A stretch of 64,000 bases of DNA, taken from assembly GCF_964213995.1 (NCBI RefSeq), contig NC_135803.1, positions 105,524,001 to 105,588,000 of the forward strand, read 5' to 3'. Position numbers and translations under genes: made by a program. This document shows, piece by piece, positions 22,110 to 34,390 of the stretch. The notes beneath the pieces are model-generated. The model saw nothing but the letters and a program-made list of their open reading frames with translations. It searched no databases and was not told the origin of the DNA. The DNA is from Mustelus asterias. Lineage: Eukaryota. Every line of letters begins with the position of its first letter. The stretch's first letter is position 1.

Positions 22110-22331
22110 ACAGTAAGAAGTTTAACAACACCAGGTTAAAGTCCAACAGGTTTATTTGGTAGCAAAAGCCACACAAGCTTTCGGAGCTCCAAGCCCCTTC
22201 TTCAGGTTCTTCACTCACCTGAAGAAGGGGCTTGGAGCTCCGAAAGCTTGTGTGGCTTTTGCTACTAAATAAACCTGTTGGACTTTAACCTGGTGTTGTG
22301 TTTACCCCAGTCCAACGCCGGCATCTCCACA
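22110..22331. mobile_element. Palindromic Penelope-type non-autonomous element with hammerhead ribozyme motifs
   Basis: Near-perfect inverted arms of about 80 bp; 13-bp TSD tacaggggaggtc (22097-22109, 22332-22344). Confidence 0.85.
22216..22252 (+). ncRNA. Minimal type I hammerhead ribozyme motif
   Basis: CAC-CUGAAGA-A-GGGGC(uugga)GCUCC-GAAAGCUU^GUG: conserved core, stem II, 3-bp stem I, palindromic AAGCUU minimal stem III. Confidence 0.7.
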
Positions 22332-24195
22332 TACAGGGGAGGTCCCAGAGGATTGGAGAATAGTCAATGTTGTTCCTTTGTTTAAGAAGGGTAGCAAGAA
22401 TAATCCAGGTAATTACAGGCCAGTGGGCCTTACATCAGTGGTAGGAAAATTATTGGAGAGGATTCTTCGAGACAGGATTTATTCCCACTTGGAAATAAGT
22501 GGGCGTATTAGTGAGAGGTAACATGGTTTTGTGAAAGGGAGGTTGTGTCTCACGAATTTGATCGGGTTTTTCGAGGAAGTGACGAAGATGATTGATGAGG
22601 GTAGGGCAGTGGATGTTGTCTACATGGACTTCAGTAAGGCCTTTGACAAGGTCCCTCATGGCAGACTGGTGCAAAAGGTGAAGTCGCATGGGATCAGAGG
22701 TGAGCTAGCAAGGTGGATACAAAACTGGCTGGTCAAAGAAGACAGAAGGGTGTGTTTCTGAATAGAGGGCTGTGACAAGTGGTGTTCCTCAGGGTTCGGT
22801 GCTGGGACCTTTGCTGTTTGTAATATATATATATATATATATATAAATGATTTGGAGGATTGATTAGTAAGTTTGCGGACGACACAAAGGTTTGCGGATA
22901 GCGATGAGGACCATCAGAGGATCAGTTGGAGACTTGGGCGGAGAGATGGCAGATGGAGTTTAATCCAGACAAATGTAAGATAATGCATTTTGGAAGGTCT
23001 AATACAGATAGAAAATATACAGTAAATGGCAGAACCCTTAAGAGTATTGATAGGCAAAGGGATCTATCTGGGTGTACAGGTACACAGGTCACTGAAAGTG
23101 GCAATGCAGGTGGAGAAGGTAGTCAAGAAGGCATACGGCATGCTTGCCTTCATCGGCCGGGGCATTGAGTTTAAAAATTGGCAAGTCATATTGCAGCTTT
23201 ATAGAACCTTAGTTAGGCTGCACTTGGAATATAGTGTTCAATTCGGGTCGCCACACTACCAGAAGGATGTGGAGGTTTTGGAGAGGGTATAGAAAAGATT
23301 TACCAGGATGTTGCCTGATTTGGAGGGCATTAGCTATGAGGAGAGGTTGGAGAAACTTGGTTTGTCCTCACTGGAGTGATGGAGGTTGAGGGGAGACCTG
23401 ATAGAAATCTACATGATTATGAGAGGCATGGACAGAGTGGGCAGTCAGAAGTTTTTTCCCAGGGTGGAAGAGTCAATTACTAGGGGGCATAGGTTTAAGG
23501 TGTGAGGGGCAAGGTTTAAAGGAGTTGTACGAGGCAGATTTTTTACACAGAGAGTAGTGGGTGCCTGGAACTCGTTGCCGAGGAAGGTAGTGGAAGCGGA
23601 TACGGTAGTGACTTTTAAGGGGCATCTTGACAAGTTCATGAATAGGATGGGAATAGAGGGATACAGTCCCTGGAAGAGTAGGGGTTTTTAGTTAAGTCGG
23701 GCAGCATGGTCGGTGCAGGCTTAGAGGGCCGAAGGGCCTGTTCCTGTGCTGTAATTTTCTTTGTTTTTATTTTGGCATAAATGTGAGAAATGGGTGCTTG
23801 GCTCCAGGAGTAATTCCACTGATATATTAGGGATACTTTATAGTAAAACAAACTTTATTAACACAGTTTAACTATAACTCTAACAAATGAAGCAGCTCAA
23901 CAATCAACAGTTGAACAATATTTAAAAATGAATGGAAACAACTTTAATTTTTAACTTGTCAATGTTTCAGTTCCAAATATGCAACATTCCTTTTAAAGGC
24001 TTACAGTGCCACTTTAAATGCAGTTAGCAACTATAAATATGCTTTCTATAATGAGTGTAGACAGTCTTGAAGCTTTTAGAAAGAAAATGAGTTTCAGCGC
24101 AGCTTCTAGAACACCAGTCTTCAAAACAAAACCCCAGCCAGACCTGAAAAGCTGTTTCATTCTGTTACAGACTAGCTCCTCCCATTAACCATATC

Positions 24196-24539
24196 GGGGC
24201 GGCACGGTAGCACAGTGGTTAGCACTGCTGCTTCACAGCTCCAGGGTCCTGGGTTCGATTCCCGGCTCGGGTCACTGTCTGTGTGGAGTTTGCACATTCT
24301 CCTCGTGTCTGCGTGGGTTTCCTCCGGGTGCTCCGGTTTCCTCCCACAGTCCAAAGATGTGCGGGTTAGGTTGATTGGCCAGGTTAAAAAATTGCCCCTT
24401 AGAGTCCTGGGATGTGTAGGTTAGAGGGATTAGCAGGTAAAATATGTGGGGATAGGGCCTGGGTGGGATAGTGGTCGGTGCAGACTCGATGGGCCGAATG
24501 GCCTCCTTCTGCACTGTAGGGTTTCTATGATTCTATGAT
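24196..24539 (+). mobile_element. HE1-type SINE (well preserved)
   Basis: GGGGCGGCACGGTAGCACAGTGG head, TTCTATGA tail repeats. Confidence 0.9.
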
Positions 24540-25730
24540 ATCATCACATGACCTTGCATACCTAAACCCACATTCCATTCCTTTAACCAAAACCCTAGGG
24601 GAACTCTCCATCCATTAACAAAAATCTATTAGCTCTATTATTGCCCATCCCTAGTTGCCCTTGGGAGGGCAGTTGAGAGACAACCACATTGCTGCGACTC
24701 TGGAGTCACATGTGGCCCAGACCTGGTAAGGATGGCAGATTTCCTTCCCTAAAGGACATTAGTGAACCAGATGGGTTTTTCCAACAATTGACAATGTTTT
24801 CATGATCATCAGTAGATTCTTAGGTTCCATATTTGTTTTATTGAATTCAAATTCCAACCTCTGCTGTTGTGGGAATCAAACCCGGGTCCCCAGAACACTA
24901 GCTGAGTTTCTGGATTAATAGTCTAATGATAATACCACTCCACCTTCGCTTCCCCATGAGTAATTATTCTGTTCTCCCAGCATTTGAGCTGAATGTTTTC
25001 CACACACTGACTGCCTCCAGAATAGAGCTAAATTTGTAAACATCCCCTTCAACATAAAAACGCATATATATATTCATACTAAAAGAAGACTATCACATCA
25101 CCCTGATGATGTTGACCTTCATCTGTGTACCTCATAAATTTCTTCTTCAAATTCATTGCCCTCTCCTACTCATATTTAAGGCCACCTCCTTGAGCTTGCT
25201 ATCTCTCGGGACCTCTCTACTTCCATGCTCTCAATTTTTGGTAAGGTCATCTCCAGTCACTTCCCCGTTTCCTTTGTCACATACACCTTCATATCACCTT
25301 CCAACACCATTTCCTCTTCATCTATTTCTGGAATAAATGTCATTCAAAATCATCCAAATGTCAAACGTTTGGCTTTCCATTCATCATGAAACTTCTGTAG
25401 CCAGTGATATGCTAAACTATCGCAACACTTCCACTGTTAATATGCTTGTATCCAGAAAGACCTACTTCCATCCTGGTCATTGCCTTAGTATGGTCAACTC
25501 ACAGTGGTGCAGACTTGGGATTGATCTGGAGGGCAACTGATAAAGTCATCCTACACGAGATCTAGCTGGACCATATCAAACCCCTATGTACTCTATGAAC
25601 AGTATGCTTTGTCTGTATAGTGTGCAAAAAACAAAACTTTTCACTGCACACCAATACATGTGACAATAATAAAATCAAATTAAATCAAGCATGATCAGGC
25701 CTCATCCTCCTCTAACAAAACTATCCACTA

Positions 25731-28070
25731 CAGGTGGTATGTCCAAAATCCGGTAGTTCAAAAAAACTGTTATATTTGAAAATATTCTTTTTGATATTAG
25801 AAGTTTAATGAATTTTAGACTTATTGCTCAAACACTGGGACAATTTGGCTAGGTGCTCATTCTTGGTGTTGCACTGGGCTGGTTATCAGCTTCACCATTT
25901 GTCTACAGTGGTAGCCAGTCTGTTCCGAGTCCACCTGAATGACCCTCGACTTCAGCCAACTCAGTTTCGGCTGAACCGCCCGGCTTCCACTCACGCAAGA
26001 TTAGTGCTGTTGCTATACCAGTATCATTTTGTGATGTCCTGTGTCTTTTACCATTGCAGTCATGTCAAAAAGGTCATAGGCCCATAAGTAATACTGAAAA
26101 AATGAAGCGTAATCTATGTCTATAAGCTAAGAAAGTGGAATTACAGCAGAAATTAGATAGTGGCGCATCAGTGCAAAAGCTGAGTGAGGAGTATGGGTGG
26201 GTACCTCCACCGTTTCAGATTTCAGAGAAAGATCAGATTACAAAGTTTAATGCTGAAATTGACGCTCAGAAAGAAATGAATAACTATGTGTAAATGTGAA
26301 AGTTTAGACAGAGTGAAGGTGGTGTGAATGTGACAGAGGAAGAGTTAGAGAGTGCCATTGACTGGCAGATGTTGATTAAGCAAGCCAAGATTTTCCATGA
26401 AAAGCTGAAAATTTCAGCTCCAGACAAGTACATTCAGGATGGTTAATCAAATGTATGTGGAGATAAAGCCTTAGCATATCACGAGGCAGCTGAAAATTAC
26501 ATAGATGAGTTTGCCAAGTTAATTGCTGATGAAAACCTTACTGATGAACAAATCGATAATGCCGATAAAACATCCCTGTTTTGGCATCACATATCAAGAA
26601 AAATCTTAACAACAGTTAATGAGCAGGCACCAACAGGTTAAAAGACAGAAAAGATAGGCTTACTGTGCTAATGTGGCGGAGACAAACAAGTGCAAGCTGA
26701 TGTATATTGGAAAAAGTCAGTGTGAATGATGTTTCAAGCAGGGTAATAATATTTCCAGGTCATTATTACGCTAACCTGAGATCATGAATAACAATGCAAA
26801 TTTGTTTGGGCTGTTTGAAGAAGCACTTTCTTTCCTGAGGCTTACGCTCATTCTAAGTCTGAAAAGTGATGAAAAGCGCAAAATATTGTTGCTGCTTGAC
26901 AATTGCTCAGCACATCCTGATGTTGAGCCTCTTGTGAAAGACACTGTGTACTGCAAATATTTGCCCCTGAACATAACAATCATTGATACTGCTAAGCAAC
27001 AAGAAGTTTTAAGCTCCCTGAAGTCCAAGCAGGAGACAAAATTATGAGACATATGCTTAGTGCTGTGGATACAAAAGTTCCAAAAAGATTTTTCAATGAA
27101 GGGTGCCATCTGGTCTGCTGCACATGCTGAACCAAGTGACTGAAGATACCACGATTAATGCTTGGTACAATCTGTTGCCAGCAACTATCCTTGATGCTGA
27201 TGAAAATGCTGATGCTGATTTTGAGGACTTCATGTGTCCATTGAGAAGGAAATTATTTCAGAATTATGAGAAAGGGTTGTCTCAATCATTGGACGAACAC
27301 GCTGTTGAAGAAGTTATGAGCACAATGATTCGCCTGTTGTTCACACACTTACTGATGGTGAAATTGTAGAAATTGTTTTACATCCAGATGAAATGAAAAA
27401 ACAGTGAGAATGATGACGATGACACTGGTGATCAAATTGTGAAAGTGCCCATAGATAAAGATATAAATGTGTGTGAAGATTTAATTAATGCCCTGGGGCA
27501 ACGTAGCTTCATATCAGAGCAAGAAATAAAAATATTTACAAGGTTCAAGAAAAGCTAATCAAAGATAAGCTTAGGTTTACGAAGCAAATTAAAATCAGCT
27601 AATTTCTTTCACAATGCATCCCAGCAGAGTGCTATTGACCTGACTTCAACTGCAACTTTCAGGCTGGAAAATCCTATTGCTGGCCTATCATCAACCCACA
27701 CATCCCGTGTGAGCCCTCTCCCTCAAGCATTCCCTCAACACGAACATCCAACCTGATGTAAATGATCCAGTGCCCATTTTTGTGCATCTTACTTTGGAAG
27801 CAAGAAGAATATTTGACAAGTATAAATTTTTTTTTACAAACTTTATGTGTGCATTATGTATTCTCTTTTTTCACAATATTAAAATATATTGTTTATTCTT
27901 TTTCAAACTGTGTGCACACATATTTATTCTTTGCTGTGATTTATTTCATGTAACACTTATTGAAATTGGCCTACGATAGGCTACCAGATTTTATTGTCCA
28001 AAATCCAGGAAAATCCAAAATCCAATACGGTCTCAGTCCTGAGGGTGGCATATTTTTAATGTCCAACCTG
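25731..28070 (+). mobile_element. Tigger/pogo (Tc1-mariner superfamily) DNA transposon fossil
   Basis: TA|CAGGT...ACCTG|TA ends; broken transposase remnants KVEL..KLDSG, DEQIDNADKTSLFW, KILLLLDNCSAHP. Confidence 0.85.
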
Positions 28071-28359
28071 TACTCTGGAATCATCCCAGAGAGCAAAGAT
28101 ATACCTCTAATTTAAATGTCCTAAGGGCCCCTAATGTAAAAAAGGAAAACTGAACCAGGTTTATGTTACTGACTGACCCTTTTGTGCAGTTGCTGAATAA
28201 GGATAAGACCGGATTCAGCCATATAGCCCCCCGGATCAATTATGTTTTGGATAAGGTATTGTAGAATGATTGGCTGACCTGGGATCACGTCCAAAATGGA
28301 TACAAAGTGGAGTAGGGGAGAAAATTGTCAAAAACAGAATTACCAAATCTGATACTAAC

Positions 28360-28440
28360 CGAGCAGCACTGTATATCCCAGCTTACAAAGAGCAACAGGC
28401 AGCAACATCCAACTGGCAACAAAGACTGAATTAGGTCCCC
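28360..28440 (-). CDS. APEH: APEH exon (oxyanion loop)
   Basis: AG/GT-flanked; (G)GPNSVFVASWMLLPVALCKLGYTVLL. Confidence 0.92.
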
Positions 28441-28749
28441 CTGCAGAACAAAGCATACAGAGCTGGCATCAAGATATATGTTAACATGAATAGGCCATAA
28501 ATGCTGGCTTTACCTTGCCAATGCTCACATCTCGTGAATGAATTAAATAAAACTTTTACTTCTCAGAGAGCTAACAGACAAATCCATCAAGACTTCTATA
28601 GTTTAAAAATACCCAAATGTAAATGTTAATAAAATCTGTACTGCTTCTTATAATCTTTAACCTTCAGGCTTAATTTAAATGGAGGAAGAACTTGAAGTAT
28701 GGAACATGTGCAGGTGTTTCTTCCAGCTATAATTTGCCTTATTACCAGG

Positions 28750-29060
28750 TGGAATAGTGGCACAGTGGTTAGCACTGCTGCCTCACAGCGCCAGGGAGCC
28801 AGGTTCAATTCCCAGCTTTGGTCACTGTTTGTGCAGAGTCTGCACATTCTCCCCATGTCTGTGTGGATTTCTTCCAGGTGCTCTATTTTTCTCCCACAGT
28901 CCGTAAAACGTGCTGGTTAGGTGCATTGGCCATGCTAAATTCTCCCTCAGTGTACCCAAACAGGCGCTGTAGTGTGATGACTAGGGGATTTTTCACAGTA
29001 ACTTCATTGCAGTGTTAGTGTAAGCCTACTTGTGACACTAAATCAGTAAACTTTAAACTT
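28750..29060 (+). mobile_element. tRNA-derived SINE (HE1-related, alternative tail)
   Basis: tRNA head; tail ...CACAGTAACTTCATTGCAGTGTT..GTAAGCCTACTTGTGACACTA. Confidence 0.85.
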
Positions 29061-29204
29061 AATTGTAAGGAAGTTCAACAAAGTTTCTCCCCAATGCCCG
29101 AAAAACAGCTCCTATTTAACTTAGAAACAAATGTTAAACACATTTTACCCATTTCCTTTCATGCACATTTTCTAAAGCAAAGCGTAGAATATTCTGCTAC
29201 TCAC

Positions 29205-29285
29205 CATGTGGGATTACAACAAGTGGAGGTTTGACTTCCTTTTTCTGCTCGGGTATGAGTAAGATACTTTCAAACTGAAGACCAG
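29205..29285 (-). CDS. APEH: APEH exon
   Basis: AG/GT-flanked; GLQFESILLIPEQKKEVKPPLVVIPH. Confidence 0.9.
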
Positions 29286-29582
29286 CTATCAGCAAATCAA
29301 GAAAGAAAAAGCACAGTTACAATAAAACAAAATAATGTGGATGTTATGAAATAATTCTGAGCTCATTTCTAGGTAACTCCTGGTATCCCATGTCTCCCTA
29401 TTTCTCAAATTGAAAACACTTTGACTGTGAACACATGGGAGGTCACAATTGACTTTTTGTTCTGGTGGGAAGTAAATCAGTACCTGAGCTCTAACCGCAC
29501 ATTAATCAGTTTCTGACAATCCAGCATCAGCAAACCATGATTGAGGCAAACCCTAGCATGACAGAGCTCAATCTCAATCATA

Positions 29583-30530
29583 AAAACATAGAAAATAGAA
29601 GCAGGAGTAGGCCATTTGGCCCTTTGAGCCTACTCTGCCATTCATTATGATCATCAAATTCAATATCCTTATCCCACCTTCCCCCTATATCCCTTGATCC
29701 CGTAGGCCCCTAGAGCTATATCTAATTTCTTCCTGAAATCACACAATATTTTGGCCTCAACTACTTTCTGTAGTAGTGAATTCCACAGATTCACCACCCA
29801 CTGGGTGAAGAAATTTTTCCTCACCTCAGTTCTAAAAGGTTTACCCCTTATCTTCAAACTATGCCCCCTAATTCTGGGCTCCCCCAACATTGAGAAAATT
29901 CTTTCAGGATCTAACCTGTCTAATCCTGTTAGAATTTTATAAGCTTCTATGAAATACCCTCTCACTCTTCTAAAATCCAAAAAATATAATCCTAACCGAC
30001 TTAGTTTCTCCTCATGTGCAGACCTGCCATCACCAGGAATCAGCCTGGTAAACCTTTGCTGCACTCCCTCTATAGCAAGGACATCTTTCCTCAGATAAGG
30101 ATACCAAAACTGCACACAATACTCCAGGTTTGGCCTCACCCAGCACCTGTACAATTGCAGTAAAACATCCCCATTCCTGTACTCAAATCCTCTCACTATG
30201 AAGGCTAACATACCATTTGTCTTCTTTACTGCCTACTATACCTGCATGCTTACTTTCAGCGGCTGATGCACGAAGGCTCCAAGATCTCGCTGAGTATCCA
30301 CCTCTCTCAATTTATACCCATTCAAATAATAATCTGCCTTCCTATATTGCTACCGAAGTGGATAACCTCACATTTACCCACTTTATACTGCATCTGCCAT
30401 GCCTATGCCCACTCACTCAGCCTGTCCAAATCACGTTGAAGCATCTCTGCATCCTGCTCACAGCTCACTCTCCCACACAACTTTGTACATTTGTAAATTT
30501 GGAGATAATACATTTAGTTTCCTCTTCCAA
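29583..30530 (-). mobile_element. CR1 LINE 3' fragment
   Basis: ORF 29669-30211 is the ORF2 C-terminus (LEYCVQFW.PYLRKD); CR1 tail. Confidence 0.9.
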
Positions 30531-30772
30531 ATCCTTTTTTGGAGAAATGTAATTCCGAGCAATTTATGCATGGGTAAGAAATTGGCGTGCAAGTCAATTC
30601 AAATGCAGAAACTGGAAAAAAAATGACAACGATTTTAATGAAATAAATTTATGGACAGCTATGAGCAGGTACCCAAAATAGAGAGAGGAAAAAGACTCAT
30701 TAATAGAAACATAAAGAATCTTGGAATTAGGGTCTGCCAGAATGGGAATGCAAATTATTGCAAGCCACTTAC

Positions 30773-30911
30773 GGAATATAGGATTCGCCTGTTCGAATGG
30801 AGGTGTAACAGTCAGGATTTTCCAGTCTATTCCTGGCAATGGTTTGACTTCATCTAGTGCCACCCAGTTGATCCCCTGCTCTTGGCCTGCAGCTGGCAGG
30901 AAACCTACTTT
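30773..30911 (-). CDS. APEH: APEH exon
   Basis: AG/GT-flanked; KVGFLPAAGQEQGINWVALDEVKPLPGIDWKILTVTPPFEQANPIF. Confidence 0.92.
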
Positions 30912-31235
30912 CTTCAGAAATAAAATAGCTTTTACACAACTCAGCAATTGTTGTCCATTATGATCTGTCAAATGTGTGTTGCTATGGCTTTGTTAGCAGG
31001 TTAGGGTGTGCTAAAGGACAGGAAACTTTTCTCTGCAGTGTTGTCCCTTCGATGGCGACTTGCCCAAATTCTGCAGAGCTCAAGAATTATTTCTGGCATG
31101 CAATGATATTAAACAGGCTAAACAATGCATTGTACAAATTTTGCAAAGCATTTGTGCATACAGGGATATATGATATTGCCATTGGTAATACATCCTTTTC
31201 ATTGTCTCAACAACAGTGACTTCTTTTTAACTGTA

Positions 31236-31362
31236 ATGTGGAGATGCTGGTATTGGACTGGGGTGGGCACAGTAAGAAGTCTCATAACACCAGGTTAAAG
31301 TCCAACAGGTTTATTTGGAATCACGAGCTTTTGGAGCGCTGCTCCTTCATCAGGTGAGTGGA
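31236..31362 (-). mobile_element. Penelope-type terminal fragment (same family as 22110 and 40386) with a mutated hammerhead
   Basis: Reverse complement CAC CTGATGA AGGAGCAGCGCTCC AAAAGCTC GTG (GAAA core mutated to AAAA). Confidence 0.75.
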
Positions 31363-32054
31363 GGTTACCCGTCTTTCTAACTGAAAAACCATTCAAAAGT
31401 TTACATTGCAGCAGCCTGGAATGGAGAGTTGGCTTATGGTGGACTTACTTCATTAATGCAAATATATGTATGGAGATACAAAGACAAAAAAGTTTGTTGC
31501 ACAAATTTGGGATGCACCACAACGTATTTCTCACCATTGTCGCAAACACCACGTGGCACTGGTGTCTGGAACCAAGTTATTGGAGCCCAGTAGCCTCTAG
31601 AAATGTTTTGTACTTTTTTTTGTTGAATTTTTGGACTCCTTAAGGTGAGGTCTGTCATAGCTGAGAACTGAAAGAAGCTCAGGTACAGCACAAGAAAGCT
31701 GTAGCCAAGAACCTAAGCTCAACCTAGGGCTGACATCTGTCAGCACATATGGAAAATTGTGCCAATACAGATGCATGACTGAGCTGATTTGCCTAATATG
31801 AATGTGGATATTAGGGATAAAAATTTCTGAAATCAATTAAGTACTGCAACAGCTACAGTTTTGATCTTATTTTAGATAATAAATGATCAGTTTGAATATG
31901 TAAAAATACATACATGGTTAACATTTTCAGACTCATTATTAAGCCACACTTAGGTTCTGTCTGTAGTTACACTGTGATGTGTTACATTTCAACCTTCATA
32001 CCATCTTTAAAAGATAAATAGTAATGGTCCAATTTAACCCAAAGGCCTTCTTAC

Positions 32055-32143
32055 CAAAGTGGGCGGACAGTTAGGGGATGAACAGCTGACCACCATCAGA
32101 TCCTGGTGAATGTCCAACAGCGCCCAGCTCCCAGCCTCTGAAC
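32055..32143 (-). CDS. APEH: APEH exon
   Basis: AG/GT-flanked; SEAGSWALLDIHQDLMVVSCSSPNCPPTL. Confidence 0.92.
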
Positions 32144-32769
32144 CTGTAGCAAACAAAACAATGGCCAGAATTTTACGTTGCTTGGGCAGGCGCGCCTGAC
32201 CCGGAGGCGCATGAAATCATGGCAGAAGACATCGGGCTCATGTCTTAATGTCATTGTGCACTGTCGCAATATTTCAGTTGGTGGGTGCACACAAGAGTCA
32301 GAGGTGTGCCTGCTGATGATCAAGCATGCAGAAAGTGAACAACATTTTAAATGGGCTTCTTGGTAGTTTTGTGGGTTTGAAAACCTTAGGCTCAATCAGT
32401 TCAGTTACATGACTGGGGAAAGTGCAGATTTTTTTATTAGGATGAGCCAAATCTATCTGTCTGAACTTTCAGACAACTGGCGTGATCTCAGTGCTAATGG
32501 TAAATCCCTTTTTGGAATCATAGTGCCTAGGGTGAGATGTCTACAGTTTCCATTGTACAGGTGCTGATCACTCAAAGCTCAGAAGAAACACTACAGCAGG
32601 TGACACTAAGACTATACCGCCGCTCCTCGAAGGTTGCCAGTCCATCTCTTGAACAGGCTATCCTTTACAATAAGGAAATGCATTCTCTATAGACCTACGC
32701 TGCTCAGCACACACCCATTTGCTCAAAAGAATCAATTACTAGACATATCTCTATGGAAGGGAAAGGAAA

Positions 32770-33742
32770 TTAATGATTTAATACATTAATGATTTGGACA
32801 AAGGAATTTAATGCAATATTTTCAAATTTGCAGATGACACAAAACTGGGTGGCAGTGTGTGCTATGAGAAGGATGCTAAGAGGCTGCACAGTGACTTGGA
32901 CAGGCTGGCTGAGTGGGCAAATGCAATATAATGGGAAAAGTGTGAGGTTATCCACTTTGGGGGCAAAAACAGGAAGATTATTATCTGAATGGTGGCAGTT
33001 TAGGAAAAGGGGAATTGCAACGTGTCCTGGTTGTCATGGTGGAACAGTCGCTGAAAGTTGGTATGCAGTTACAGCAGGCGGTGAGGAAAGCTAATGGCAT
33101 TCTGACCTTCATAACAAGAGGATTTGAGTCTAGGAATAAGGGTGTCTTGCTGCAGTTATACAGGGCCTTGGTGAGGCCACACCTTGAGTATTGTGTGCAG
33201 CTTTGGTCTCCTAGTCTGAGGAAGGACATTCTTGCTATTGAGGAAGTCCAGCAAAGGTTCACCAGACTGATTTCCAGAATGGCAGGGCTGACATATGAAG
33301 AAAGACTGGATCGACTGGGCTTGTACTCACTGGAATTTAGAAGAATGAGAGGGGATCTCATAGAAACGTATAAAATCCTGATGGGATTGGACAGGCTATA
33401 TGCAGGAAGAATGTTCCTGATGTTTGGGAAATCTAAAATTAGGGGTCACAGTCTAAGAATAAGGAGTAAGCCATTCAGGACTGAGATGAGGAAGAATTTC
33501 TTCACTCGGAGAGTTATGAACCTTTGGAGTTCTCTACCACAGAAAGCTGAAGGGGCCAGTTCATTAGATATGTTCAAGAGGCAGCTGGATGTGGCCCTTG
33601 CGGCTAAAGGGATCAAAGGGTATGGAGAGAAAGTGGGAGTGGGATACTGAAAGTGTATGATCAGCCATAATCATATTGAATGGTGGTGCAGGCTCGAAGG
33701 GTCGAATGGCCTACTCCTGCTCCTATTTTCTATGTTTCTATG
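32770..33742 (+). mobile_element. CR1 LINE 3' fragment
   Basis: KFADDTKLG remnant and ORF 33015-33650 (ORF2 C-terminus); TTTCTATG tail. Confidence 0.92.
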
Positions 33743-34338
33743 AAACTGATTTTTGTGAGTGTTACTGATGTGAGTGTAATGTATGCAACAATTTACCATC
33801 TTACATTTTAACAGCTTGTGTTTAAACTTCGTTTAAGATGGTTTTGTAGAAACCGATTAATGTTGCAGCAATCATCTTCTGCTTTAGTGCGTAAGCTGCA
33901 AGAATTGTTACGTGCTTCCAAAGGTAGATTTTAAACCATACACTGATATAGTCTGCTGTTGAATTGGAAGATGAATGCTGAAAAATCTTAAATTATGTAT
34001 TTTAAAGAATTCTGTGCAGTGGTGTTCAAAATTTGATATATCACTGCGGTCATGCACGGACCTGTCAACCTGCAATATTCATGTTTAAAGCAAGCTGGAG
34101 TTCAGGTCAACATTTGAGATGGCAGTATGCATTTCTGTTACATAAACTCATTTTGCCAGCTTGGAATGTTTACACTGTGTTGTTTATTTAACAGCAGATT
34201 GAAAAGGGATAGTGAGAAGTGTATTGAGGAGATAAGAACAGGCAGGCATGTAAAAGGCAAGGTCTATAACATGAAATTTTCCTCCAAATAATTTTGGAAG
34301 TATATGGAAGAGAAAAGAGAGGGACAGGCAATGCTTAC

Positions 34339-34390
34339 CAGTAGTGAGTGATGTTACATCTCCTGTTGCACTGTTTACTATGATTAGTTC
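34339..34390 (-). CDS. APEH: APEH exon
   Basis: AG/GT-flanked 52 nt; ELIIVNSATGDVTSLTT. Confidence 0.88.

Larger units (their letters stand above)
21285..23765 (+). mobile_element. Decayed 5'-truncated CR1 LINE (ORF2 with stops/frameshifts)
   Basis: ORF-track pieces homologous to 3343-6225; CR1 3' stem-loop at about 23725-23755. Confidence 0.92.
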
